Origin: Planctomycetota bacterium
Lineage (GTDB): Bacteria; Planctomycetota; UBA11346
DNA length: 64,000 nt
Direction of reading: 5' to 3'
Assembly (NCBI GenBank): GCA_038213805.1
Contig: JBBQSO010000005.1
Coordinates: 46,237 to 110,236, forward strand
Shown: piece by piece, positions 17,619 to 27,387 of the stretch
Layout: every line of letters starts with the position of its first letter
Position numbering within the stretch: the stretch's first letter is position 1
Program-made: the position numbers and the translations under genes
Notes under the pieces: model-generated
What the model saw: only the letters and a program-made list of their open reading frames with translations
Told to the model about the DNA's origin: nothing
Database searches by the model: none

Positions 17619-20444
17619 TTGGCCATCTCCATCCTGCCCGTCGTCCTGCTCCACCGCGGCCTGGTTCCCAGCCTGGTCCTGCTCGCCGCCGTGGGGCTGG
17701 TCAGGGCCGAGGACGGCGAGGTCCTGCCGCGCCTGGCGCCGACCGTCGGCGAGTACCTCAAGAGCGACTATTACGACCAGACGCGCTTCCACCCGCGCAT
17801 CATGGTCGAGCGCGCGCTGCGCGCCCTCGAGACCTCCGAAGTCAGCATCGACACCGCGTGGAAGGACGACGTCATCACCCTGACCATGACGACGGTGGTG
17901 AAGCAGATCCCGGCCAAGGAACCCAAGGACATCGACGAGGCCATGGCCCTGGTCGAGGTCGTGCGCCTCGCCCTTGACGCGGCGCCGGGGCTGACCAAGG
18001 AGCGCAAGCGCGATCTGGGCTACGCGCTGGTCAACGGCACGCTCGCCGCGCTCGACCCGCACACCGTGCTGATGCCGCCCGAGCCGGCGCGCGAGTTCAG
18101 CGAAGACATCCGTGGCGAATTCTACGGCATCGGCGCCTTCCTCAACCAGGACGAGGGCGTCATCACCATCGAACGCGTCATGCCCGGCCTGCCCGCCGAG
18201 AAGGCCGACGTGCAGGACGGCGACATCATCCTCGGCATCGACGGCGAGAAGACCGCCGGGCTGAGCCTCGAGCAGGCGGTGCGCCGCATCAAGGGGCCCA
18301 AGGGCACCACCGTGACCTTGACCGTCGAGCGCAAGAGCTCGCCCACGCCGGTCGACATCCCGGTGACCCGCGACTTGGTCCAGGTCATCACCATGCGCGC
18401 CAAGCGCGTCGGCGACGTCGGCTACGTGCGCATGGACGAGTTCAACGCCAACACCTTCCGCTCACTGTGCAAGGACATCCTCGACCTGCAGAAGCCGGGC
18501 CCGATGAAGGCCTTCGTCCTCGACCTGCGCTTCAACGGCGGTGGCCTGCTCGACCAGGCGCGCCTGATCAGCGACATCTTCCTGCCCAAGGGCGAAGAGA
18601 TCGTGCGCACCGTGACCGCCGACGGCCAGCCGCAGATCTACAAGAGTTCGGCGCGCCAGCTGCTTGATGTGCCGATGGCGATCCTGACCTCTGGCGGCAG
18701 CGCCAGCGCGGCCGAGATCCTCAGCGGCGCCCTGCAGCGCGACGAACGCGCGGTGATCGTCGGTTCGACCACCTTCGGCAAGGGCTCGGTGCAGACCATC
18801 AAGGACCTCGGCGACGGCAGCCGGCTCAAGCTCACCATCCAGGAGTACCAGCTGCCCGGCGGCGTCTCGATCCAGGACGTCGGCGTGACCCCCGATCTGC
18901 GCCTGATCCAGCACACCGTGCGCAAGGACGGCGTCATCGACCTCGTGCCGTTCACCAACCAGCGCGAGGAAGATGATGAGTTCGCGCTGGTCAACACCCA
19001 CCTTTACGAACACAGCGCCGCGCTGGAGCTCGGCTGGCTGTCGCATTTCCAGGAGCGCGAGACGCTGAAGAAGTCGGCCATCTCGGCGCGCGACTTCGTA
19101 CCCGACCAGGAGGCCAGCCTGGTCGTCGACCTGGTCGGTCAGGCGGTGGCTGGCGGTGACGAGGTGGTGGCGGCGGCCGAGCAGGCGTCCAAGGTGCGCG
19201 GGCTGCGCAAGTTCCTCATCGACCAGCTCAAGGCGCCGGTCGGCGCCCGTGCCGAGATCGAATCGACCGCCCTTGCGACGGCCCTGGCGGGGCGCGCCCC
19301 GGCGGTCGCCTGGGGCCCGGCGACGCCGGTGCCCGCCGGCGCGCTGACGCTCACCTACAGCGGTCCAGCCGCGGTCACCGCTGGCGAGACTGCCAGCCTC
19401 ACCTTCCAGATCGCCAACGCCGCCGGCGTCGACCTCGGCCGCCTCTACGGGGTGGTCAAGGCCGACAAGTTCAGCCCGCTGTGGGAGGACGAGGTGGTGA
19501 TCGGCATGGTGCCGCCGAAGGGCAGCGCCACCGGCACGCTCAGCTTCAAGGTCCCCCCGCGCCTCTACGGTGGCGAGGAGCGCTTCAATCTCGAACTCTA
19601 CCAGGACGGGCGGTCCGAGCGGCTCGCCAGCGTGCCGGTGCGCGTGCAGATCCAGCCGGTGGCGCGCCCGCGCTTCAGCTACACCTGGCGGCTTGAGGAG
19701 CCGGGCGGCGACGGCCAGCTCAATCCGGGCGAGGCCGCGGCCCTGCAGCTGACGCTGAAGAACGACGGCGAGGGCGCCTCGGCGAAAATCGACCTGCGCG
19801 TCTTCAAGGAGGGCGAAGACCACTTTGTGCAGCTCAGCGACACGCGCAGCAAGCTCGAGCCGCTGGCCAAGGACGGCACCGCCACCGTGAAGATCCCGCT
19901 GACGGTGAAGAAGGAATGGCTGCGCAGCGACAAGACCGTGATGCCCTTCACCGGTGATGCGATCAAGCTGCTGGTGCGCGCCGAGGAGCGCTTCGAGGAA
20001 GGCATCGACGGCCGCTACCGTGCCACCATGTTCAATACCCTGACCATCCCGGTGAACGCGCCGGTGGTCCCGCACGCCATCGCTCAGCCCGCGATGGTGC
20101 TGGTTGCGAGCACCGTCGGCGCCGACAACGCGGCCACGGTCACGGTCAAGGTCGTCGACCCGGGGCTGAAGTTCCTGACCGTCTTCCAGGACGAGGACAA
20201 GACCGCCCTGCTGCCCGCCGCCAAGCTCGGCGCCGATGGCCTGTTCACCACCACGCTCACGCTCAAGCCCGGCGCCAACTCGGTGCGCATCGTCGCCATC
20301 GACCAGGACGACGTCGACGAGGTCCTGCCCTTGCGCCTGTGGGGCGAGGGCACCAGACCTGAGAAGGCCAAGCCCGAGAAGACCGCCGCCAAGCCGGAGG
20401 CCAAGATGAAGGCCCAGGTCGACGCCAGCCCCGTCATTCCATAG
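17619..20444 (+). CDS. S41 carboxyl-terminal processing protease with PDZ and C-terminal Ig-like domains
   Basis: LDPHT, GIGA..., VLDLRFNGGGLL, SASAAEI (Ser), TFGKGSVQ (Lys). Start uncertain (TTG at 17562 or 17619). Confidence 0.9.
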   Translation: MAISILPVVLLHRGLVPSLVLLAAVGLVRAEDGEVLPRLAPTVGEYLKSDYYDQTRFHPRIMVERALRALETSEVSIDTAWKDDVITLTMTTVVKQIPAKEPKDIDEAMALVEVVRLALDAAPGLTKERKRDLGYALVNGTLAALDPHTVLMPPEPAREFSEDIRGEFYGIGAFLNQDEGVITIERVMPGLPAEKADVQDGDIILGIDGEKTAGLSLEQAVRRIKGPKGTTVTLTVERKSSPTPVDIPVTRDLVQVITMRAKRVGDVGYVRMDEFNANTFRSLCKDILDLQKPGPMKAFVLDLRFNGGGLLDQARLISDIFLPKGEEIVRTVTADGQPQIYKSSARQLLDVPMAILTSGGSASAAEILSGALQRDERAVIVGSTTFGKGSVQTIKDLGDGSRLKLTIQEYQLPGGVSIQDVGVTPDLRLIQHTVRKDGVIDLVPFTNQREEDDEFALVNTHLYEHSAALELGWLSHFQERETLKKSAISARDFVPDQEASLVVDLVGQAVAGGDEVVAAAEQASKVRGLRKFLIDQLKAPVGARAEIESTALATALAGRAPAVAWGPATPVPAGALTLTYSGPAAVTAGETASLTFQIANAAGVDLGRLYGVVKADKFSPLWEDEVVIGMVPPKGSATGTLSFKVPPRLYGGEERFNLELYQDGRSERLASVPVRVQIQPVARPRFSYTWRLEEPGGDGQLNPGEAAALQLTLKNDGEGASAKIDLRVFKEGEDHFVQLSDTRSKLEPLAKDGTATVKIPLTVKKEWLRSDKTVMPFTGDAIKLLVRAEERFEEGIDGRYRATMFNTLTIPVNAPVVPHAIAQPAMVLVASTVGADNAATVTVKVVDPGLKFLTVFQDEDKTALLPAAKLGADGLFTTTLTLKPGANSVRIVAIDQDDVDEVLPLRLWGEGTRPEKAKPEKTAAKPEAKMKAQVDASPVIP

Positions 20445-20486
20445 GAATTTTGGCTGCGGCGGGGCCAATGTGTCTCGGGCTGCGAC

Positions 20487-20581
20487 GTGCGGAGTACGGG
20501 TTTCGCGGGCATGGCCACTTCGAAGTGGGGGATGTCCGAGATCTTTTCGTCATAGACCCGCTACCTTGACGCACTCCGCAC
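20487..20581. repeat. Short inverted element, GTGCGGA family
   Basis: gtgcggagtacgg ... cgcactccgcac. Same arms as 57341-57393. Confidence 0.5.
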
Positions 20582-20618
20582 TTCCCCGCCACCCTTGTCA
20601 TATTCTGATCCTGAAACC

Positions 20619-21596
20619 ATGCCCAACCGCCCCCGTCGCAACCGCATCTCCGCCGGCATCCGTGGCCTGGTGCGCGAGACGCGACTTTCCGCTCAGCACC
20701 TGGTGCTGCCGCTGTTCGTCCAGGAAGGTCCGCAGAGCGCGATGCCGATCGCGTCGATGCCGGGCTGCTCGCGACTGGGGATCGAGCGTATCGTCGCGAT
20801 CGCGCGCGAGGCGTTGGCGCTGGGCGTGCCCGCAGTAGCGCTGTTCCCGGCGCTGGACGACGCATGTAAGAGCCCGCGCGCCGACGAGAGCGTGAATCCC
20901 GAGGGCCTGCTGCAGCGCGCCGTGCGCGCGCTCAAGACCGCCCTGCCGCAGCTGGTGGTGATCACCGATGTGGCCATGGATCCCTACTCCAGCGATGGTC
21001 ACGATGGGCTGGTGCGCGGCGACGAGATCGTCAACGACGAGACCCTGCCAATCCTTGCCGCCATGGCCGTCGCCCAGGCGCGCGCCGGCGCCGACGTGGT
21101 CGCGCCGTCCGACATGATGGATGGGCGCGTGGGCGCCATCCGCGCGGCCCTCGACGCGGCCGGCTTCACCGGTACCGGCATCTGCAGCTATTGCGTGAAG
21201 TACGCTTCCGCCTTCTACGGCCCGTTCCGCGACGCCCTCGATTCCGCGCCGCGCGCCGGCGACAAGAAGACCTACCAGATGGACCCCGCCAACGTGCGCG
21301 AGGCGCTGCGCGAGGTCGCCCTGGACGAGGCCGAAGGCGCTGACTGGCTGATGGTCAAACCCGGCCTGCCCTACCTGGACGTGGTGCGCGCGGTGCGCGA
21401 AGCGACCGCCCTGCCGGTCGCCGTCTACCACGTCAGCGGCGAGTATGCGATGCTCAAGGCCGCCGCCGCCAACGGCTGGCTCGACTATGAGCGCTGCCTG
21501 CTCGAGAGCCTGCTCGCCATGCGCCGCGCTGGCGCGGACCTGATCTTCACCTACGGCGCGCTGGACGCGGCGCGCGCTCTGGCACGGGTTCCCTAG
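20619..21596 (+). CDS. hemB: Porphobilinogen synthase (Asp-rich, non-Zn type)
   Basis: DVAMDPYSSDGHDG, APSDMMDGR, KYASAFYGPFRDA, MVKPG.PYLD, VSGEYAM. Confidence 0.97.
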   Translation: MPNRPRRNRISAGIRGLVRETRLSAQHLVLPLFVQEGPQSAMPIASMPGCSRLGIERIVAIAREALALGVPAVALFPALDDACKSPRADESVNPEGLLQRAVRALKTALPQLVVITDVAMDPYSSDGHDGLVRGDEIVNDETLPILAAMAVAQARAGADVVAPSDMMDGRVGAIRAALDAAGFTGTGICSYCVKYASAFYGPFRDALDSAPRAGDKKTYQMDPANVREALREVALDEAEGADWLMVKPGLPYLDVVRAVREATALPVAVYHVSGEYAMLKAAAANGWLDYERCLLESLLAMRRAGADLIFTYGALDAARALARVP

Positions 21597-21634
21597 CGGC
21601 GCCACGTCAGGCGATCAAGGCGAAACGGATCACC

Positions 21635-22600
21635 ATGCCCACGATCGGCGCATCTTCCCTCATGGCGTTTCCGCTGGCCCTGGGCGGCAACACCTTCGGC
21701 TGGACTTCCGACCGGGCGACCTCGTTTCGGGTGCTCGATGCCTTCGTCGCGGGCGGCGGCAACCTGATCGACACCGCTGACGCCTATTCTGCATGGGCCC
21801 CGGGCAACCACGGTGGCGAATCCGAAACCATAATTGGCGCCTGGCTGGCAGAGCGGATGAACCGCGCGCGCGTCATCATCGCCACCAAAGTCAGCCAGCA
21901 CCCGCAATTCCGCGGCCTGGGCGCAGCGAACATCGCCGCCGCGGCCGATGCCTCGCTCGTGAGACTGTGCACTGACACGATCGATCTGTATTACGCCCAC
22001 TTCGATGACGCGGCCACGCCGCTCGAAGAGACCGTGCTCGCCTTCGCCGCCCTGGTGCGCGTCGGCAAGGTGCGCCACGTCGGCATCTCGAACTACAGCG
22101 CGGCGCGCATCCGCGAATGGATCGCCATCGCCACGCGCCATGGGCTGGACCTGCCGATCGCGCTGCAGCCGCACTACAACCTGGTGTTCCGGCAACCGTA
22201 TGAGCGCGACCTGGCACCACTCGCCGCGGCGCATGGCTTCGGGGTTTTCCCGTATTTCGCGCTCGCCAGCGGCTTTCTTACCGGCAAGTATCGCACCCAG
22301 GGCGACCTCGCAGGCGCGGCGCGCGAGCGCCAGGCTGGCCGCTATTTCAGCCCCGCTGGCCTGGCCGTGGTCGACGCTGTGGGCAAGGTCGCGGCGGCGC
22401 GCGGCGTTTCTCACGCCACCGTCGCCCTCGCCTGGCTGCTCGCCAAGCCCGGCATCACTGCACCGCTCGCCAGCGCACGCACGCCCGAGCAGCTCGTGGA
22501 GCTGTTCGCGGCCACTCGTCTGGAACTTGGCGCGGCCGAAGTCGCCGCACTGGATGCGGTCTCTGGGCTCATTCCCGAGGCGGCAAAGCAGGGAGCCTGA
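21635..22600 (+). CDS. Aldo/keto reductase
   Basis: LGGNTFGW, IDTADAY, ATKV, IDLYYAH, GISNY, LASGFLTGKY. Confidence 0.9.
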   Translation: MPTIGASSLMAFPLALGGNTFGWTSDRATSFRVLDAFVAGGGNLIDTADAYSAWAPGNHGGESETIIGAWLAERMNRARVIIATKVSQHPQFRGLGAANIAAAADASLVRLCTDTIDLYYAHFDDAATPLEETVLAFAALVRVGKVRHVGISNYSAARIREWIAIATRHGLDLPIALQPHYNLVFRQPYERDLAPLAAAHGFGVFPYFALASGFLTGKYRTQGDLAGAARERQAGRYFSPAGLAVVDAVGKVAAARGVSHATVALAWLLAKPGITAPLASARTPEQLVELFAATRLELGAAEVAALDAVSGLIPEAAKQGA

Positions 22601-22662
22601 TCCGAAAGCTCACCAGTTCGTGCGCGCACCCTGGCCGGGCTCACCGATGATCGGTGCGAGGA

Positions 22663-23037
22663 TCACCCGGTCGCCGGGTGCGGCCCCGGCAGGGTCGACA
22701 AGGTTATTCGTTCGACGCTGCCGTCGGCCGTGGTGATGGTGATGACCGCGCCATCGCGGGTGACGACCGGTGGCTTCCCGCCACGCAATAACGGTGAGAT
22801 GACGATCGTCACCGACGTGGTGATGAACCACACGCGGGCGCAGTGCCGACCGTCGACGGTCACCGTCTCGATCTGGATGGGCCGCGGCGCGTCCACGCCG
22901 GCGCTGGTCGCCACTGAGGCGGGCAGGACGGCCTCTGGAGCGAAGTCCATGGAGACCAGCTCCCACCGCCACGCCTGCCCGAGGGGCTTGGTGATAAGGC
23001 GGGTCTCGGCGGCGGCGGGCGTCTGGAAGGTCGGCAA
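22663..23037 (-). pseudogene. Possible truncated remnant of a secreted-protein gene
   Basis: Protein-like 124 aa. The frame extends upstream through a signal-like stretch to an AGGAG followed by GTA rather than a valid start. Confidence 0.3.
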
Positions 23038-23298
23038 GGCACCCAGGAGGGTGGCGGCGTCGAGCGCGGTGCGCTGGCGGAAGGAGATTACTGCTCCTGC
23101 ATGACGGCGTGCTGTCAGGGAGTCGGCAGTTGCCAGTGATCCAGGCAGCCATTCACCTCCGGCGGCCGGCGCGTGTCAGGTTGCTGGCCACGAGTAGCGA
23201 CCCACGGCCCCGCAAACCCTTCACCTGGCGCGCGTTCCCCATTCCACGGACTCCACTTCCCCCTTGCCCCTCATCCGGGTTGGTCCCATGACGGGGCC

Positions 23299-26286
23299 AT
23301 GCCCGCGAGCCCCTTCCAGGATGACGGCATCACCCCCGAGCACCTCGACCGCCTGGCCCAGGGCTGGTCGCTGCTCCACCTCGCCAGCCGCGCGCCGGAA
23401 CGCGTCACGGTCTGGGATGCGGTGGTGCTCACCGCGGCCAGCGCCCATCAGGCGCGGCTCTACGAATTGCAGGTCGAACAAGCGCGGCGGCTGGGCCGCA
23501 TCCCGCCGCGCACGCTCGCGCTGGTCGTCCCCGACCCCGAGGGCCGACGCGTCGGCAGCGGTGGCGCGACCCTCGGCGCGCTGCGCGCCCTGGCCGCCGC
23601 CTGTCCCGGCCGCGACCTCGCGGGGATGCGCGTGCTGCTCATCCATGCCGGCGGCGACAGCAAGCGCGTGCCGTGGGCCAACGTCATCGGCAAGCCTTTC
23701 ATCCCCTTCCCGCTGCTCGCCACCGACGAGACCGTGCCGACGCTTTTCGATCATCTGCTCGCGCTGGCCGCACCGGTGCCGCGCAACCTGCCGGGCGGCG
23801 GACTGCTCACCCTGACCGGAGACGTGCTGCCCCTGTTCGATGCGGCGCGCCTGGCCTTCCCGGCGGCCGGCGGCGTGGTGGTGACCGCGCCGGTGGCCCT
23901 CGATATCGCGCAGCGTCACGGCGTGATCGGCGCCACTGCCGACGGCACCGTCACGTCTCTGTTGCAGAAGGCGAGCGCGAGCCAGCTGGTCGCCGCCGGC
24001 GTGCTGGTCGCGGGCGGCGCGGCGCTGCTCGACACCGGCATCTATGCTTTCTGCGGCGCGGCCTTCGCCGCCCTGGCCGGGCTGGCCTGCGCGGCCGACG
24101 ATCCGCTGCGCGAACTGCTCGCCGATGGGCGCGAGTGCAGCCTCTACGAAGAGGTCGCCGCCGCGCTGGTGCCGGCGCAGCGGGACTGGCTGCGCGGGCG
24201 CCCGCTGGGTGCGCGCCTCAGCGCGGCGCTCGGGCCGTTCGCTCTGCGCCACCACCTTGCCGCCGACCTGCAATTCATCCATCTCGGCTCGAACGCCGAG
24301 ATCATGTACCACCTCGCCAGCCCCTGGCATGGCCGCTTCGCGCGGCGTGTGCTGGCCCAGTGCGGCGCGGGCGTCGCCGAGGACGCGGTGGTCGTTGCGT
24401 CGCACCTTGATCCGGCCGCGCGCGTCGGCGCCGGCACCCTGGTCAGCGACAGCCTGCTCGGGCCCAGCGTGCGCATCGGCCGGCGCTGCGTGATCTCCGG
24501 ACTCGATGCGGCTGACGACCGCCTGCAGGTACCGGATCACTGTTGCCTGTGGCAGGTTCCGCAGCTCGCGGCGGGCGGCGGTCCGGCCCTGGTCGCCAGC
24601 GTGTGCTGTGGCGTCGACGACAACCCCAAGGACGCGGCCGGCGACGGCACCTTCCTCAACCGCGCCTTCCCGCAGTGGCTTGACGATCATGGCGTCGCGC
24701 CCACTGACCTGTGGCGGACGGGCGAGGCGCGGACGTTGTGGAACGCGCGCCTGTTCCCCGTCCAGCCGGCACCGGCGAACCTCGGCATCGTCGCCTGGAT
24801 GCTCGCGGCGCGGCCGACCGGGTCGCGCCAGGAGGAGCAGTGGCGCGGCAGCCTGCGTCGCAGCTTCGCCGAGCTCCACGAGCGCATGGACGCGGTCGCG
24901 CTGCTCGCGCGCCGCGAGGGCATCACCGCCAAGCTCATCAGCCACGCCATCGCGCAGGCACTGGACGGTGCTGCAGACCACAATCTCGCCGGCATGGCCA
25001 TGCAGCTCGGCGGCGAGCAGCAGCGCGAGCGCGTGGCGGCCCTTGCGGAGTCGGTGCCGGTCGACGCGCCCCCGGCCTTTGGCCAGCCGCCGCGCAGCCG
25101 CCTGCTGCAGCTCCAATCGGATCTTGCGGCCGTGGCGAACGGCGGTGAGGCGGTCGCCGCGATCTGCGCCGCGCGCGCCTTCGCCGCGGTGCAGCAGGAG
25201 GTCGCCGCCGGCCTGACCCTGCGCCAGGGCGAGCCGGTCTCGGGCTGCGCGCCTGGCCAGCGCCACAGCGTTTCGCTGCCGGCGCGCTTCGACATCGCCG
25301 GCGGTTGGAGCGACACCCCGCCCTACTGCCTGGAGCGGCCCGCGCGCGTGCTCAACCTGGCCATCGCCCTCGACGGCGCGCTGCCGATCGGCGCCGAGGT
25401 CGAGACCCTGGCCGAGCCGCGCTGGGTGCTGCAGCTCGCGGATGGCCCGGAGCGGGTACTGGGAGACGCGCGTGCCCTGGCCGGTCCGCCCGATCTCGCC
25501 GACCCGCACCTGCTGCTCATCACCGCGCTTGGCATCGCCGGCTGCGGCGGCCCGGGCGGCATCACTCAGGGCATGCGCGTGCGCACCTGGTCGCGCGTGC
25601 CCAAGGGCAGCGGTCTGGGCGCGAGCAGCATCCTCGCCGCAGCGCTGCTGACCGCGCTGCAGCGCGCCGCCGGCCGCCCCGCCGATCCGCGCACGGTCAG
25701 CGAACTGGTGCTGTCGCTCGAGCAGCGCATGACCACCGGTGGTGGCTGGCAGGACCAGATCGGCGGGCTCTATCCGGGGGTCAAGTGCATCACCAGCGTA
25801 CCGACGCGGCCGCTGCGCATCACGGTCGAGCAGGTGCCGCTGATCGCCGGCGTGCGCCAGGAATTGGAGGAGCGCCTGGTCATCACCTTCACCGGCCAGG
25901 AACGGCTCGCCAAGAACGTGCTGCAGATCGTGGTCGCGCGCTATCTGCAACGCGACCGGCGCGTGCTCGGCGCCATCACCCGCCTGGTCGAACTCGCCGG
26001 CGAGGGCCAGCGCTGTCTCGCGCTCGGCGACCTCGACGGGCTCGGCCGTGTGCTGCGTGAGACCTGGCACGCGCACCAGCAGCTCGACCCACATTGTAGC
26101 AACCCGGAGGTCGACGATCTCATCGCCGCGGTCGCCGACCTGTCCTGCGGCGCCAAGCTCGCGGGCGCGGGCGGCGGCGGGTTCATGGGCATCTTGGCGA
26201 AGGATGCGGAGGCGGCGCGGCGGATCGCGGTGATCCTGGATGGGCATCCAGGCGTGCGGACGTATCGGTGGTCGTTGGTGGAGTGA
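23299..26286 (+). CDS. fkp: Bifunctional L-fucokinase / GDP-L-fucose pyrophosphorylase (plant FKGP-like)
   Basis: GSGGAT, HAGGDSKRVP, GGWSDTPP, GHMP motif PKGSGLGASS, TTGGGWQDQ, GAGGGGF. Confidence 0.9.
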   Translation: MPASPFQDDGITPEHLDRLAQGWSLLHLASRAPERVTVWDAVVLTAASAHQARLYELQVEQARRLGRIPPRTLALVVPDPEGRRVGSGGATLGALRALAAACPGRDLAGMRVLLIHAGGDSKRVPWANVIGKPFIPFPLLATDETVPTLFDHLLALAAPVPRNLPGGGLLTLTGDVLPLFDAARLAFPAAGGVVVTAPVALDIAQRHGVIGATADGTVTSLLQKASASQLVAAGVLVAGGAALLDTGIYAFCGAAFAALAGLACAADDPLRELLADGRECSLYEEVAAALVPAQRDWLRGRPLGARLSAALGPFALRHHLAADLQFIHLGSNAEIMYHLASPWHGRFARRVLAQCGAGVAEDAVVVASHLDPAARVGAGTLVSDSLLGPSVRIGRRCVISGLDAADDRLQVPDHCCLWQVPQLAAGGGPALVASVCCGVDDNPKDAAGDGTFLNRAFPQWLDDHGVAPTDLWRTGEARTLWNARLFPVQPAPANLGIVAWMLAARPTGSRQEEQWRGSLRRSFAELHERMDAVALLARREGITAKLISHAIAQALDGAADHNLAGMAMQLGGEQQRERVAALAESVPVDAPPAFGQPPRSRLLQLQSDLAAVANGGEAVAAICAARAFAAVQQEVAAGLTLRQGEPVSGCAPGQRHSVSLPARFDIAGGWSDTPPYCLERPARVLNLAIALDGALPIGAEVETLAEPRWVLQLADGPERVLGDARALAGPPDLADPHLLLITALGIAGCGGPGGITQGMRVRTWSRVPKGSGLGASSILAAALLTALQRAAGRPADPRTVSELVLSLEQRMTTGGGWQDQIGGLYPGVKCITSVPTRPLRITVEQVPLIAGVRQELEERLVITFTGQERLAKNVLQIVVARYLQRDRRVLGAITRLVELAGEGQRCLALGDLDGLGRVLRETWHAHQQLDPHCSNPEVDDLIAAVADLSCGAKLAGAGGGGFMGILAKDAEAARRIAVILDGHPGVRTYRWSLVE

Positions 26287-26520
26287 GGGGAGGTGGGCTG
26301 ATGTGATGGCTGATGGCTGATGGCTGATGGCTGATGGCCAGAAGATCCTTGTCCGCCGCCATGCGCTGTTCGCAGACAGCGCCTGTCATTCACCCTTTGT
26401 CTGAGGCCGGCGCGTAGAGCCGGCCTCAGCCCTCAGCCATCAGCCCTCAGCCATCAGCCATCAGCCCTCAGCCCTCAGCCATCAGCCCTCAGCCCTCAGC
26501 CCTCAGCCCTCAGCCCTCAG
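26284..26520. repeat. Inverted heptamer arrays (GCTGATG)~5 ... (CCMTCAG)14 with internal hairpin
   Basis: Begins TGAGGGGAGGT on the fkp stop. 14 CCCTCAG/CCATCAG-type units at 26423-26520, the last TCA being the CPBP stop. Hairpin ctgaggccgg-N9-ccggcctcag. Confidence 0.9.
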
Positions 26521-27263
26521 CCCGAAAAATCCAACCACCCCTGCGGCACGAACACACGCAGGAGATTGAAGCCTGCATGCGCGCCGACCGCCACCGCCAG
26601 CCCATGGCGCAGGAAGGCGATCCCGTAGAGTACGCCGGCAGCGGTGCGCTCGATGAACACCGACCAGCCGAAGGGTTCGGCGCCCGGGAAGTGGTTGATG
26701 AGAACGGTGTGGGCGAGACTGAAGAGCGGGGCGCTCACCGCCAGGCCGACCACGGCGGCGAGGATGCCGGGGACGCGCAGGGTGCGCAACAGCAGCACCA
26801 GACCACCGAGCAGCAGGGCGCGGAAGATCAGCTCCTCCTGAAAGGCCCCGCAGAGGGCCAGACCGGCCGGGCCCGCGAGTTGATCTGGCCCGAACCGGTG
26901 CCACGCGCCAGCCAGGGCGACGCGCGCCGCGATCCAGGCCAGACTCCACGCCAGGGCGAAACCCAGGGTCCTGGCTGCAGGTGGCTTCCAGGGCCAGCCT
27001 CCGAAGACCTGGGCGAGCAACGCGCCCACGATCAGGACAAGGAGTGGCAGCACCGGCAGGGTCAGGCCGATCAGGCCGCCGAGATGGGCGAGGATGGGGT
27101 CGGCGAGCAGCTGCTGCTGGCCGATGCCGAATCCATGCCAGCGCAGCAATTCACCGGCGACCGCCAGCGGAACCAGGCAGACCAGGACGGTGAGGGGGGC
27201 GCGCAGCTCGGCCGCGGCGTCCGGCACTGGAGCCAGCGGGGCTGGGGGATGCGTCTCAGACAT
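26517..27263 (-). CDS. CPBP (Abi/CAAX) intramembrane glutamic endopeptidase
   Basis: Multi-TM. EELIFR, FSLAH, H...N motifs. Confidence 0.85.
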   Translation of the reverse strand: MSETHPPAPLAPVPDAAAELRAPLTVLVCLVPLAVAGELLRWHGFGIGQQQLLADPILAHLGGLIGLTLPVLPLLVLIVGALLAQVFGGWPWKPPAARTLGFALAWSLAWIAARVALAGAWHRFGPDQLAGPAGLALCGAFQEELIFRALLLGGLVLLLRTLRVPGILAAVVGLAVSAPLFSLAHTVLINHFPGAEPFGWSVFIERTAAGVLYGIAFLRHGLAVAVGAHAGFNLLRVFVPQGWLDFSG

Positions 27264-27387
27264 GGGCGGCTGACGGTGGCCGCTCGTGCGATCCTGTCCA
27301 GTCCTGACCTGGCGGCCGGCGGCGCGCGAAAGCGCAGACGGGCCAACATCTGGAGCGTCCGGGCGTCATCACTTTATGAGGTGAGCG

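Noticed and set aside
23221..26247. 1008 aa antisense ORF (likewise 7596-9326+, 18462-20468-, 58151-60085-, 54230-56098-, 46615-48003+)
   Set aside because: Shadow frames of real genes, expected at this GC and codon bias. No motifs.
26423..26520. Possible CRISPR array (also 48670-48730 and the 22 bp pair at 61723-61773)
   Set aside because: Units are 7-8 bp with no unique spacers, or only two copies 7 bp apart. No cas genes.
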